Position numbers and translations under genes: made by a program. DNA of 40,333 nucleotides from a virus (lineage: Duplodnaviria > Caudoviricetes): the IMG/VR virus record IMGVR_UViG_3300011441_000022, positions 1-40,333 of that record; one strand, given 5' to 3'. The first letter of the stretch is position 1. Each line of letters opens with the position of its first letter. Under the pieces are notes generated by a model. The model saw only the letters and a list, made by a program, of their open reading frames with translations. It had not been told where the DNA came from and searched no databases. This document shows positions 15,551 through 23,937 of the stretch, in pieces.

Positions 15551-16594
15551 TTGTCTTACATCGAAATCCTCACTGGTAACGGGCTGACCGCTGAACAATG
15601 GGAAGATAGCATTTTCAGCGAATACATCGGCATGCTCCAGTGCAAAAAGTTCATGGGCACCGGCACAGACAGCATCATCCAGGTCAAAGAAGACCTGATT
15701 AAGAAAGCTGGCGATGCCATCACTATCGGCCTCCGTGGTCGTGTGGTTGGCGGCTTGGTGTCGGGGAACGCGAAAGCCATCGGAAACGAAGGCACGCTGT
15801 CCTTCTACAACCAACGTGTCGAAATCGACAACATTCGTCGGGCGATCAAGTTTGAAGACATCCCCATGTCTCAAAAGCGCACGATGTTCAACGTGCTGAG
15901 CGAAGGCAAGAGCGCGTTGGAAGACGAATTCGCGGTCGACTTCGATGATGATGTGATCGAAGCGTTGACAGACCACGCCTCTGGCCGCGTTCGTGGGCGC
16001 TATCTGTACGGGGCTGCGGATTCCAACTGGAACGCCACGCATGCCACCGCGCTGACGAACATCGACGGCACCAACGACATGCTCACCACGAACATGATCG
16101 GCATCGCAAAGCGTAAAGCTTTGATCCCGGTCAATGCCACTGCGAAGATCCGCCCCTCGCGTTTCAAGATGGGCAAAGACTTCGAGCAATGGTTCGTTCT
16201 GTGGGCTCACACCTACGCTCTCAGGGATATGGTGAACAACGACGCTGCTTGGCGTAACCGTGAGTTGAACCTCACGCCTGCCGGCACGGGCTCTGTGTTG
16301 TTCTCTGGCTCCGCGTTCAAAGGTGCGTGGGAAGGCGTCATGGTTTACGAGAACGAGCGCTTGCCGCTGATCTCGTCCACCGTTCAATGCACCGAAAACT
16401 TGCTCTTGGGAGCGCAGGCTGCGGCAGTTTGTTGGGGCCAACGCACCAAGTTCAACGAAGAGGAAGCAGACTTCGGGCATGACATCTCCTACGAGCTGCA
16501 TGAAATCCGTGGCATCGAGAAGCTGGTGTTCAACCGGAGCACCGAAGAGGACCATGGCGTTGTGCATGTTTTCTCGTCTGCGGTTGCGGACTAA
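15551..16594 (+). CDS. Major capsid protein (N4-gp56/DUF4043-like)
   Basis: IIQVKEDLIKKAGDAITIGL, GNEGTL, GAWEGVMVYE, LLLGAQA, DHGV; TTG start with AAGGAAGG. Confidence 0.9.
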   Translation: MSYIEILTGNGLTAEQWEDSIFSEYIGMLQCKKFMGTGTDSIIQVKEDLIKKAGDAITIGLRGRVVGGLVSGNAKAIGNEGTLSFYNQRVEIDNIRRAIKFEDIPMSQKRTMFNVLSEGKSALEDEFAVDFDDDVIEALTDHASGRVRGRYLYGAADSNWNATHATALTNIDGTNDMLTTNMIGIAKRKALIPVNATAKIRPSRFKMGKDFEQWFVLWAHTYALRDMVNNDAAWRNRELNLTPAGTGSVLFSGSAFKGAWEGVMVYENERLPLISSTVQCTENLLLGAQAAAVCWGQRTKFNEEEADFGHDISYELHEIRGIEKLVFNRSTEEDHGVVHVFSSAVAD

Positions 16595-16619
16595 CCGTAA
16601 CTAAGAAAGGAGTTAAAAC

Positions 16620-16880
16620 ATGGCTCAAACTGCTCTTTCTCCCACTCGCGTTGAAGCGGTGGGCTCGATGACGAAGCTGGTGGTGGGTGTGGCTGGCGGA
16701 AGTGGTACGACCACAACTGTCACCATCCCCGGTGTGAAGGGAATCAAAGCGGTGATCGTGAGCGGGGCTACGTCAGCTACCGCGCCCTATTGCGACACGA
16801 TCTCGACCAACACCTTCACCGTCACACATGCTTCGAGCGATCTGTTCACGTACATCGCGTATTGCGATGGTGGCATCTAA
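16620..16880 (+). CDS. Small Ser/Thr-rich putative head/decoration protein
   Basis: Strong AAGGAG RBS directly after the capsid gene; beta-rich, GSGTTTTVT. Confidence 0.6.
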   Translation: MAQTALSPTRVEAVGSMTKLVVGVAGGSGTTTTVTIPGVKGIKAVIVSGATSATAPYCDTISTNTFTVTHASSDLFTYIAYCDGGI

Positions 16881-16890
16881 TTTACCTGTA

Positions 16891-16939
16891 GGGGGAAGCC
16901 AGTTTGGGAAGCCTAGTGAGTTGTCCCGGAGCTTCCCCC
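16891..16939 (+). other. Intergenic stem-loop (attenuator or processing site)
   Basis: GGGGGAAGC...GCTTCCCCC arms with an internal stem; no U-tract. Confidence 0.5.
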
Positions 16940-16960
16940 GACTAACTAAGGAGAATCATA

Positions 16961-17794
16961 GTGGCAATCGTTAATCTTCGCCCCTTCTACGTGAAGCTGG
17001 TGAACACCCGCACAAAGCGCCCCATCGATGACGACACGGGCGTGTTCCAGGTCTACACCGCTGGCTCCGCTGCCCGCGCTACGATCTACAATGCGGCTGG
17101 CACGCAGCTCACCCAAGAAGTGGTCGGCACTTCGTTCATCTCTCGCACGATGACGGACGGTACGTTAGAGTTCTACACCGACCGTAGCGTTTCGAGCGTT
17201 GACGTTACTATCCTCACCGCTGGTGGGCGTTCGTACTTCCTGAAGAGCCTCTCGGCTTCGCAGCATCGTGCGGACGTTGACCCGGAACAAACCGAGTTCA
17301 CCCTCGTCGCTGCTTTCAACGACCGGGCGAGCTGCACCACTGTTCGTCCGTTGGGCTTCCGCCTGCGGCGCGGCATGGTGGTCAAAGACGTGTTGGTTAA
17401 AGTCACTGCGGCCTTTGCGGGCGCTGCGGCTGCTTCCAACCGCTATAGTGTGGGGCGTTCGGGAGCCGCAACTGGCTTCTTGAACAACATCACGCTCAGC
17501 TCTGTGGGTTTCAAAGTTGGCTCTCCGTCTGTTTCGACCACGGGCGTTGTCCTGGCTTCGCGCTACGGTGCAAGCTTGGCGCAATTCCATGCTTCGAGCA
17601 CGGCGTTTGTCGACTACTACATCCGCAAGAACTACATCGCGGCCACGGCCACGGCGTCGAATAACCTCGTTGTGAAACGTCAAACTGCGGCTACCTTAAC
17701 CCATTCGTTCACCAACACTGGTGTCAGTGGCGCGGGCAAAGGCTACATCTACTACATGTACACTTTGCTCCCCACCGAATTGGCAAGTCAGTAA
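16961..17794 (+). CDS. Ser/Thr/Ala-rich putative virion protein
   Basis: AAGGAG RBS; beta-rich two-domain appearance; head module position. Confidence 0.6.
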   Translation: MAIVNLRPFYVKLVNTRTKRPIDDDTGVFQVYTAGSAARATIYNAAGTQLTQEVVGTSFISRTMTDGTLEFYTDRSVSSVDVTILTAGGRSYFLKSLSASQHRADVDPEQTEFTLVAAFNDRASCTTVRPLGFRLRRGMVVKDVLVKVTAAFAGAAAASNRYSVGRSGAATGFLNNITLSSVGFKVGSPSVSTTGVVLASRYGASLAQFHASSTAFVDYYIRKNYIAATATASNNLVVKRQTAATLTHSFTNTGVSGAGKGYIYYMYTLLPTELASQ

Positions 17795-17810
17795 TCATCA
17801 TTGGAGGGAA

Positions 17811-19532
17811 ATGATGGATCAGCAAACACAGGCCGAGTTTCTACGCGGGAAGTATGAAGCTTCTCGCGTAGCAGCTCTGGCTGTTACCAGCAAAATCAAG
17901 AGCGGGGAATATCCTTTAGTGGATGTTCCCTGCTTTTGCGGTTCTAGGGACGCAGAGGTATTGGGTGAGCATGAGCGCTACGGCATTCCAGCTCGCATCG
18001 TGCTCTGCAAAGAGTGTGCGCTCATTCGCATCAATCCGCGAATGACCCAGAAGGCCTACACGGCCTTTTACAACGATCATTACCGAAAGTTAAATTCCCC
18101 TAAGCTCCTCACCCCCAACATCACCAATTTGGAGGAAGAGGAGATGGGCGTCTTCAACCGGCAGATGGAAAAGGGCGAAGGCATCATCAAGAAGATGCTG
18201 GAGCAAGCCATTCCAGCCCCCAAGAGGGTGCTGGACATTGGCTGTCATGTCGGCGGGATGCTTAAGCCCTTTGAAGAGCGCTTTGGTTCGGAGCTATGGG
18301 GTGTGGAGATCGATGAGGCCAGCGCAACCCATGCGCACGAGAACGGAGTGGCGGTCGTCCCTACAGTGGACGCCCTGATCTCCCGAGGGCTTAAGTTCGA
18401 CTTCATTATCATGCAGGACGTGTTGGAGCATTACACAGATCTCTACGATCTGCGTAAGGTGCGGGAGTTGATGACCCCCGACTCGTTCCTCTACATCTAC
18501 ACGCCTGGGCTGTTCCGTGCAAACATCCACAGCAACCTACAGATTGCGCACACTTTCTATTTCTGTGCGAACAATCTACATTGGACTCTTACGGAGCTAG
18601 GCTTCCACGTCACGTTCATCGATGAGGAATGCTACGCTTTCTGCCAGCGTGTTGAAGGGACTGTCATCAACAATCCTAAGCCAACGGAGTGGGTGGAATA
18701 TGTGCGAGATGAATGGGAAGGGAAAGACTTGCGCAAGATGCCGCCCTTCAGCGGGGTCTGCAAGTTCACCAAAGAAGAGCTGTACGGGAACATGCGCGAC
18801 GTGTTCGCAAGGAAGCTCCCCGATCTCTCAGAGATCACCCAGACGCAGCACGGAGGAGTGTGCATTGTCGCTGGCGGACCTTCCATTGACGGAGAAGTGG
18901 ACACCCTCCGAGAGCTACAAAAGCAGGGTATGCAAGTTATATCCATTCTGCGGATGTATCCTTGGTGTGTCCAGCACGGCATAGTGCCCGACTACGTGGT
19001 GAGTCTCGACTGCACTGACGACCAAGTGAATGGCTTCAGTGAGAAGGCTCCTGGAGTCACGTATCTGTTCGCCTCTGTGACGAATCCCTCTTTCCTCGAC
19101 CAAGTGGTGGGGGAGAAGATTTACATCTTCGATAGCAGGGATGATCGGAAGATCCAAGACCTGCGCAGGGATGCGGGCTACACCCGCTGCTCCGTCGTAA
19201 ATGGCGGGGGCAGTGTGGCAATCTGCTCCATCTCTCTTGCATTCAACCTTGGCTTCCGCGAGCTGCACATCTTCGGGCTCGACTGCATGATGCCTTCCGT
19301 TGAGAAGACGCATGCGGACGGCATCGCCGGCAAGAGCATCGACGTGCGCCCGCTGCCTATCGAGATCGCAGGGGAGACAATCCTCACCACAGGAGCCTGG
19401 CTGGAATTCACCAACCAAGCCCTGGACCTGATCTCTGTCGCGCAGCAAGAGGGAGCGCTGGACAAGGTGCAATTCCATGGGGAATGCCTTGCAAACAAAT
19501 TGTGGGATGGAACCTTCTCGGAGGGAGAATGA
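17811..19532 (+). CDS. Fusion of class I SAM methyltransferase (Zn-binding N-terminus) and DUF115/Maf-type glycosyltransferase domain
   Basis: CFC...CKEC, VLDIGC, GVEID, FDFIIMQDVLEH; then CIVAGGPSI, HGIVPDYVVSLD, GGSVA...LAFNLGFRELHIFGLD. GGAGG RBS before 17811. Confidence 0.85.
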   Translation: MMDQQTQAEFLRGKYEASRVAALAVTSKIKSGEYPLVDVPCFCGSRDAEVLGEHERYGIPARIVLCKECALIRINPRMTQKAYTAFYNDHYRKLNSPKLLTPNITNLEEEEMGVFNRQMEKGEGIIKKMLEQAIPAPKRVLDIGCHVGGMLKPFEERFGSELWGVEIDEASATHAHENGVAVVPTVDALISRGLKFDFIIMQDVLEHYTDLYDLRKVRELMTPDSFLYIYTPGLFRANIHSNLQIAHTFYFCANNLHWTLTELGFHVTFIDEECYAFCQRVEGTVINNPKPTEWVEYVRDEWEGKDLRKMPPFSGVCKFTKEELYGNMRDVFARKLPDLSEITQTQHGGVCIVAGGPSIDGEVDTLRELQKQGMQVISILRMYPWCVQHGIVPDYVVSLDCTDDQVNGFSEKAPGVTYLFASVTNPSFLDQVVGEKIYIFDSRDDRKIQDLRRDAGYTRCSVVNGGGSVAICSISLAFNLGFRELHIFGLDCMMPSVEKTHADGIAGKSIDVRPLPIEIAGETILTTGAWLEFTNQALDLISVAQQEGALDKVQFHGECLANKLWDGTFSEGE

Positions 19533-20413
19533 TCTTTCCAAAAGACTCAACTTTCATTATCGGTGAGATTGGCGTCAACCATAACGCCAGCATGGACATT
19601 GCGAAGGAGCTTATCATCGGGGCGGCTGAGGCCGGCGCGAACGCTGTCAAGTTTCAGAAGCGCACCCCGCACATGAGCCTCCCGCCTGAAAAGTGGGACG
19701 TGATACGCGACACCCCTTTCGGGCCAATGAAGAGTATCGAGTATCGGCAGAAGATGGAATTCAGCTGGAGCCAGTTCGAAGAGCTGATGAGTTTCGCATG
19801 GGAGCGGGGCCTCTATTGCTTCGCCTCGCCGTGGGATATTCAAGCTGCGAATGGCCTCGCGTCCATTGGCAATCCGATCTACAAGGTGGCCTCAGCCACC
19901 CTCACAAACATTCCGCTCCTCGAAGCTATTGCCGCGATCAAAGCCCCTGTGATCGTCAGCACTGGCATGAGCGATCTCGACATGGTACGGAAGGCCATCG
20001 GCATCTTCCAAAGCCATGGGGTGCCCGAGTTGGGCATCCTGGCATGCACAAGCACCTATCCCGCCCCCGTAGAGAGCCTTAACCTTCGGCGCATCTACAC
20101 GCTGAAGAACATGTACCCGGAATGCGTTATCGGCTACTCCGGGCATGAAGTGGGGCTCTGGACGACTCTCTGCGCCGTGGCGATGGGCGCTCGCATTGTC
20201 GAGCGTCACATCACCCTGGACAGGGCCATGAAGGGCTCAGACCATGCGGCCTCTGTCGAACTGCGCGGCTTCGAGCTGCTGTGTCGTGAGATCCGGCAGT
20301 TTGAAGCCGCTCGCGGTGACGGTGCTCTAAAGATTCAGGAGTGTGAGTATGCTGACATTGCCCGTTTACGAGGATCTCCTTTCCCCCTCACCGGGGCGAC
20401 GAGGCACCAATGA
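19529..20413 (+). CDS. neuB: N-acetylneuraminate/nonulosonate synthase family (no SAF domain)
   Basis: IIGEIGVNHN, AVKFQ, KVAS, VSTG, CTSTYP, GYSGHE, VERHITLD, GSDHAAS; ATGA overlap with upstream gene. Confidence 0.95.
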   Translation: MIFPKDSTFIIGEIGVNHNASMDIAKELIIGAAEAGANAVKFQKRTPHMSLPPEKWDVIRDTPFGPMKSIEYRQKMEFSWSQFEELMSFAWERGLYCFASPWDIQAANGLASIGNPIYKVASATLTNIPLLEAIAAIKAPVIVSTGMSDLDMVRKAIGIFQSHGVPELGILACTSTYPAPVESLNLRRIYTLKNMYPECVIGYSGHEVGLWTTLCAVAMGARIVERHITLDRAMKGSDHAASVELRGFELLCREIRQFEAARGDGALKIQECEYADIARLRGSPFPLTGATRHQ

Positions 20414-21120
20414 GAACAGTGTGCATAGTGCAGGCTCGGATGGGCAACACCCGATTGCCTGGGAAGAACGGAAGAATGCTTTGCGGACTGCCGCAGATCT
20501 GGCACGTCTTAAAGCGCATATCAAGAGCTTCGACCTTCACGGAGATCATGCTGGCGATCCCCCACGAGAGCAACGGTGGGATACAGATCGACGCAGCCCG
20601 CTCTCTCGGTATTCCGTATCTCGACTACCGTGGCGATCCTAACGATCTGGTACATCGCTACGCTCTGGCCGCTGATATCATGGACGCTTCTGTTGTTGTA
20701 CGCATTCCTGGTGATAATACTCTGGTGGACCCGGACGAGATAGACCGCATCGTAAATTATTACAATGCGAATCCATGCTCCTGGGACGTGCTCACCACCA
20801 ACCTAGACAGGAACGTGCTCGACAACGGGTATCCAGCCGGCCTGGGAGCGGAAGTGTACGACGCTCGCTACTTTCAGATGATCGACAAATTGAAGCTCCC
20901 CAAGCACCAGCGGGAGCATCCTCACAAGTGGGCCTTCGAAAACTTCAAGGTGAGAACGATCAGCGCTCCCCCCTACATCTACAATCCAGGGGTGAGCTAC
21001 TCCATCGACACGGAGGCTGATTGGGCGTTCACGGAGGAGATCTACGAAGCCCTCTGGCGTAACAATCCCGACTTTCGCATCCGCGATATCAATCAGTATG
21101 TAGGAGAAAAGCATGGCTAA
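20410..21120 (+). CDS. SpsF-like CMP-nonulosonate cytidylyltransferase
   Basis: IVQARMGNTRLPGK, VVRIPGDN, YPAGL, REHP, SIDTEAD; ATGA overlap with neuB. Confidence 0.9.
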   Translation: MRTVCIVQARMGNTRLPGKNGRMLCGLPQIWHVLKRISRASTFTEIMLAIPHESNGGIQIDAARSLGIPYLDYRGDPNDLVHRYALAADIMDASVVVRIPGDNTLVDPDEIDRIVNYYNANPCSWDVLTTNLDRNVLDNGYPAGLGAEVYDARYFQMIDKLKLPKHQREHPHKWAFENFKVRTISAPPYIYNPGVSYSIDTEADWAFTEEIYEALWRNNPDFRIRDINQYVGEKHG

Positions 21121-21427
21121 CGACATTACCAACAATCCACTTGTGCTCGATACGGCAGCGGCCACCGCTGTCATCAGCAATCTTTTCCGCATCACAGCCA
21201 TCAAGTGGACGGTTGATGCCGGTGCCACTGACAACGACACGGTGGTTCTCACCGACAAGAATGGTAAGGTGATCTACGAAGAGATCCTCACCGTCATCAC
21301 GAGCGGCATGACGCAGGCTCCTCCGATCAGCTTCCCTATCCCGCTGAAGTGCAACGGCTTGATTTGCCCCACGCTTAGCGGCGGCAAGGTGTACGTTTAT
21401 TGGGAAGGCCAGCAGCCCACGGCGTAA
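21113..21427 (+). CDS. Small putative virion protein
   Basis: Thr-rich beta protein ending GLICPTLSGGKVYVY; AGGAG RBS. Confidence 0.55.
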   Translation: MANDITNNPLVLDTAAATAVISNLFRITAIKWTVDAGATDNDTVVLTDKNGKVIYEEILTVITSGMTQAPPISFPIPLKCNGLICPTLSGGKVYVYWEGQQPTA

Positions 21428-21429
21428 CC

Positions 21430-21855
21430 ATGAGAAAAGACAATCGCTATGACAGCTTGATTCAGTATTACGCTGAGGAGAATGGCTTCCATGGCAAAGA
21501 GTGGTTCTGGCTGAAGGCTCAGATCAAAGCCGAGTCCGCATTCAACCCTACTGCCAAGTCAGGCGTGGGCGCGAAGGGGCTCGGCCAGTTTATGCCTCCC
21601 ACCTGGGGGGAATGGGGCAGAGGGCAGGACGTGTTCAACCCGGAAGCCAACATCGAAGCGCAGGCTCGATACATGAAATGGCTCCTCGGTCGCGTTACCA
21701 CTTGGGACTGTGCCTTCGCCGCTTACAATTGGGGCATTGGCAACGTGCTGAAGGTGTGGCAGAACAGCAATTGGAAGAACACGCTTCCCAAAGAGACAAA
21801 AGACTACATCGTCCGCATCAATCAGTATCACGAGGAGTATCTCAATGGCAATTAG
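21430..21855 (+). CDS. SLT-family lytic transglycosylase (endolysin or virion lysin)
   Basis: AES (catalytic Glu), GAKGLGQFMP, AAYNWG, ETKDY. Confidence 0.92.
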   Translation: MRKDNRYDSLIQYYAEENGFHGKEWFWLKAQIKAESAFNPTAKSGVGAKGLGQFMPPTWGEWGRGQDVFNPEANIEAQARYMKWLLGRVTTWDCAFAAYNWGIGNVLKVWQNSNWKNTLPKETKDYIVRINQYHEEYLNGN

Positions 21856-22219
21856 CACAATCAGCATCAGCACCCCTTCGGGGCTCTACAAGTATCGCAA
21901 CACCGATCTTGCAGAAACCAAAGACGGCGTTGACAACTCCTCGGGAACGATCCACAGCATCCTGGTGGACAACACAGCCAACGCTGGCGCAGCCAGCTAC
22001 CTGAAGCTCTGGGATCTGGCTGCGGGCTCCGTCACAGTGGGCACCACCGCTCCTGATTACATCCTGAAGATTCCTGCGGCCACCAAACGTTATGTCGTGT
22101 TCCCTGAAGGCTTGGCCTACGGCACCGGGCTCGTCGCGGCCTGTCTCACAGCTGGCGGCACTGCGGGCACTACAGGCCCCACGTCAGACGTGATCGTGGA
22201 GATCATCTTCGAGACATAA
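21845..22219 (+). CDS. Small Thr/Gly-rich putative virion protein
   Basis: YLKLWD...VTVGTTAP...GLAYGTG; GAGGAG RBS. Confidence 0.6.
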   Translation: MAISTISISTPSGLYKYRNTDLAETKDGVDNSSGTIHSILVDNTANAGAASYLKLWDLAAGSVTVGTTAPDYILKIPAATKRYVVFPEGLAYGTGLVAACLTAGGTAGTTGPTSDVIVEIIFET

Positions 22220-22228
22220 GGGGGAGCG

Positions 22229-22501
22229 ATGTTCTACCCTCAGCAGCAGTATAAGCAGCAGGAGTATGCGCAGAACCCCTACCAACAGCAGGGCTATGCG
22301 CAGAATCCTTATCAGCAGAATCAGTATCAGCAGCAGAATCCTCAGCAGCAAGCCTACGCACAGAATCCCTATGCGCAGCAGCAGTACAAGCAGGAGCAGT
22401 ATCAGCAGCCTGATTACGGGATGAGCCCTTTCGGGCCAACGAGCATGGCTTCGCTGTTCTTCAATCGCACCACACCGACAAGGAGCAGATATGGCAGATG
22501 A
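22229..22501 (+). CDS. Gln/Tyr-rich repeat protein
   Basis: YAQNPY(Q/A)QQ x3 among poly-Gln runs; GGGGGAG RBS. Confidence 0.7.
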   Translation: MFYPQQQYKQQEYAQNPYQQQGYAQNPYQQNQYQQQNPQQQAYAQNPYAQQQYKQEQYQQPDYGMSPFGPTSMASLFFNRTTPTRSRYGR

Positions 22502-22724
22502 CGCTTCCAGCGAATTAGCAAAGGGTATTCTTCGGAATATCATCCCGCTCGACACACCGGGCATGAACAAGGCCGCGCAGGGCATGAACGACACCGTGAT
22601 ACAGCTCTTGCAGCGTCTAGGCTTAGCCAAACCACCGGCTCCGCCGCTCAACGCTCCTCTCCCCCGCATGAATCCAGCGACGGGTCAAGTGGAGTTTCCG
22701 CCTAACTATCAAGGACCGAGATAA
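22491..22724 (+). CDS. Pro-rich hypothetical protein
   Basis: AAGGAG RBS; coupled to next gene. Confidence 0.6.
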   Translation: MADDASSELAKGILRNIIPLDTPGMNKAAQGMNDTVIQLLQRLGLAKPPAPPLNAPLPRMNPATGQVEFPPNYQGPR

Positions 22725-23605
22725 TGGCTACAGGGTCAACAGCAGATTTCGCTCTCACACGCAATGAGGTTATCGCGTCGGCCCTGCGCAAGATCAAGGG
22801 CTGGCCGGAAGACGGCAACCCTCCGGTTCATAAGCTGCGCGAAGCTATCCGTGCGCTCAACAACTTGCTCCGCTCCGAGGACCTGAAGCAGACAGGCTTG
22901 GCGAAGAGCGCTTGGGCTCTGGACACGGCCTATCTGCCCCTAGCGGCAGGCCGCTACATCTTCAGCTCAAACGAAGACCTTCCGCTCATTCAGGAGCTGA
23001 TCTCCGCCACTGTGCGCGGCACAGATGGGGATGACAGCGATCTCTTGGATATCATCTCTGCGGAAGCTTATTCCAGCCTGGTGCCGAAGAACGACACAGG
23101 CGATCCGCTGAAGCTCTATCTGAAGCGGGCTCGCTTGCTCAGCGATCAACGGCTTTATCTCTGGCCCGCTCCTTCGAGCGTCACAGCCGGCGATAGCGTT
23201 GTGCAGTCCGACTACACGTACACCTGCATCCTGAAGCACACGGCTTCTTCGGAGAATAAGCCTGGCAGCGGAGCCAGCTGGCGGCTGTTCTGGATTCAGG
23301 GCGATGAAACCCTCACGGCTGACACATGGGCTACATCCACGGAATACGACAATGGAGACTTACTCGTACTCACTTACAAGCGGCCTCTCTACGACTTTGA
23401 CAGCCAATACGATAATCCCGATTTCCCTCTTGGGTGGGAAGATTATCTTATCTACAAGTTGGCTGTTCGGCTGGCCCCCGATTACGATCTCGGGATGGAG
23501 CAACGACAGCAGCTTAGACAGGATCTCGCTGCCCTCGAAGCTGAGCTAGTGCCGGCAGCTCGTGAGAAAGTGAACACCATGCACAATCATGCGAGGTTTT
23601 TCTAA
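22724..23605 (+). CDS. Head-to-tail adaptor with inserted CBM5/12-like module
   Basis: TRNEVIASALRKI...ALNNLL, LYLWPAP, LIYKLAVRLAPDY typical of podovirus adaptors; insert GDSV...YTCILKHTAS...W. Confidence 0.7.
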   Translation: MATGSTADFALTRNEVIASALRKIKGWPEDGNPPVHKLREAIRALNNLLRSEDLKQTGLAKSAWALDTAYLPLAAGRYIFSSNEDLPLIQELISATVRGTDGDDSDLLDIISAEAYSSLVPKNDTGDPLKLYLKRARLLSDQRLYLWPAPSSVTAGDSVVQSDYTYTCILKHTASSENKPGSGASWRLFWIQGDETLTADTWATSTEYDNGDLLVLTYKRPLYDFDSQYDNPDFPLGWEDYLIYKLAVRLAPDYDLGMEQRQQLRQDLAALEAELVPAAREKVNTMHNHARFF

Positions 23606-23925
23606 TGGCTGATTTGCTTTACACTGCCGTACTGGAGCGTTTCACAGATGAACAGTTTGATGAAGACTTCGAGTTTAGTGGCTACATTCCAGAGAGCACT
23701 ACTGTATTCAGCGCTGTTGTGTATGCTGTTAATTCCACCGGGGCGAACGTCACGGACGACCGTGTTGTCACCCATTCCATTAGTGGAACGGTGGTGACGG
23801 TGACGCTTCGCGCAGGCTCTACAGAAGGCCCCTACCTGATTAAGGTGGTGGCGACTTCCACTTCCAACGTGCCCTCTGTGCAGACGAAACTCCTGAACGT
23901 CACTGCTCCGGGGCTTTATCGATAA
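23605..23925 (+). CDS. Small beta-rich tail-associated (fibre adaptor-like) protein
   Basis: TVVTVTLRAG...YLIKVVATS; position. Confidence 0.5.
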   Translation: MADLLYTAVLERFTDEQFDEDFEFSGYIPESTTVFSAVVYAVNSTGANVTDDRVVTHSISGTVVTVTLRAGSTEGPYLIKVVATSTSNVPSVQTKLLNVTAPGLYR

Positions 23926-23937
23926 GGGGCGTGAACC

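Noticed and set aside
11269-16567. Long minus-strand ORFs (11269-12300, 12424-13380, 15509-16567)
   Set aside because: Antisense shadows of the portal and capsid genes with no recognisable motifs.
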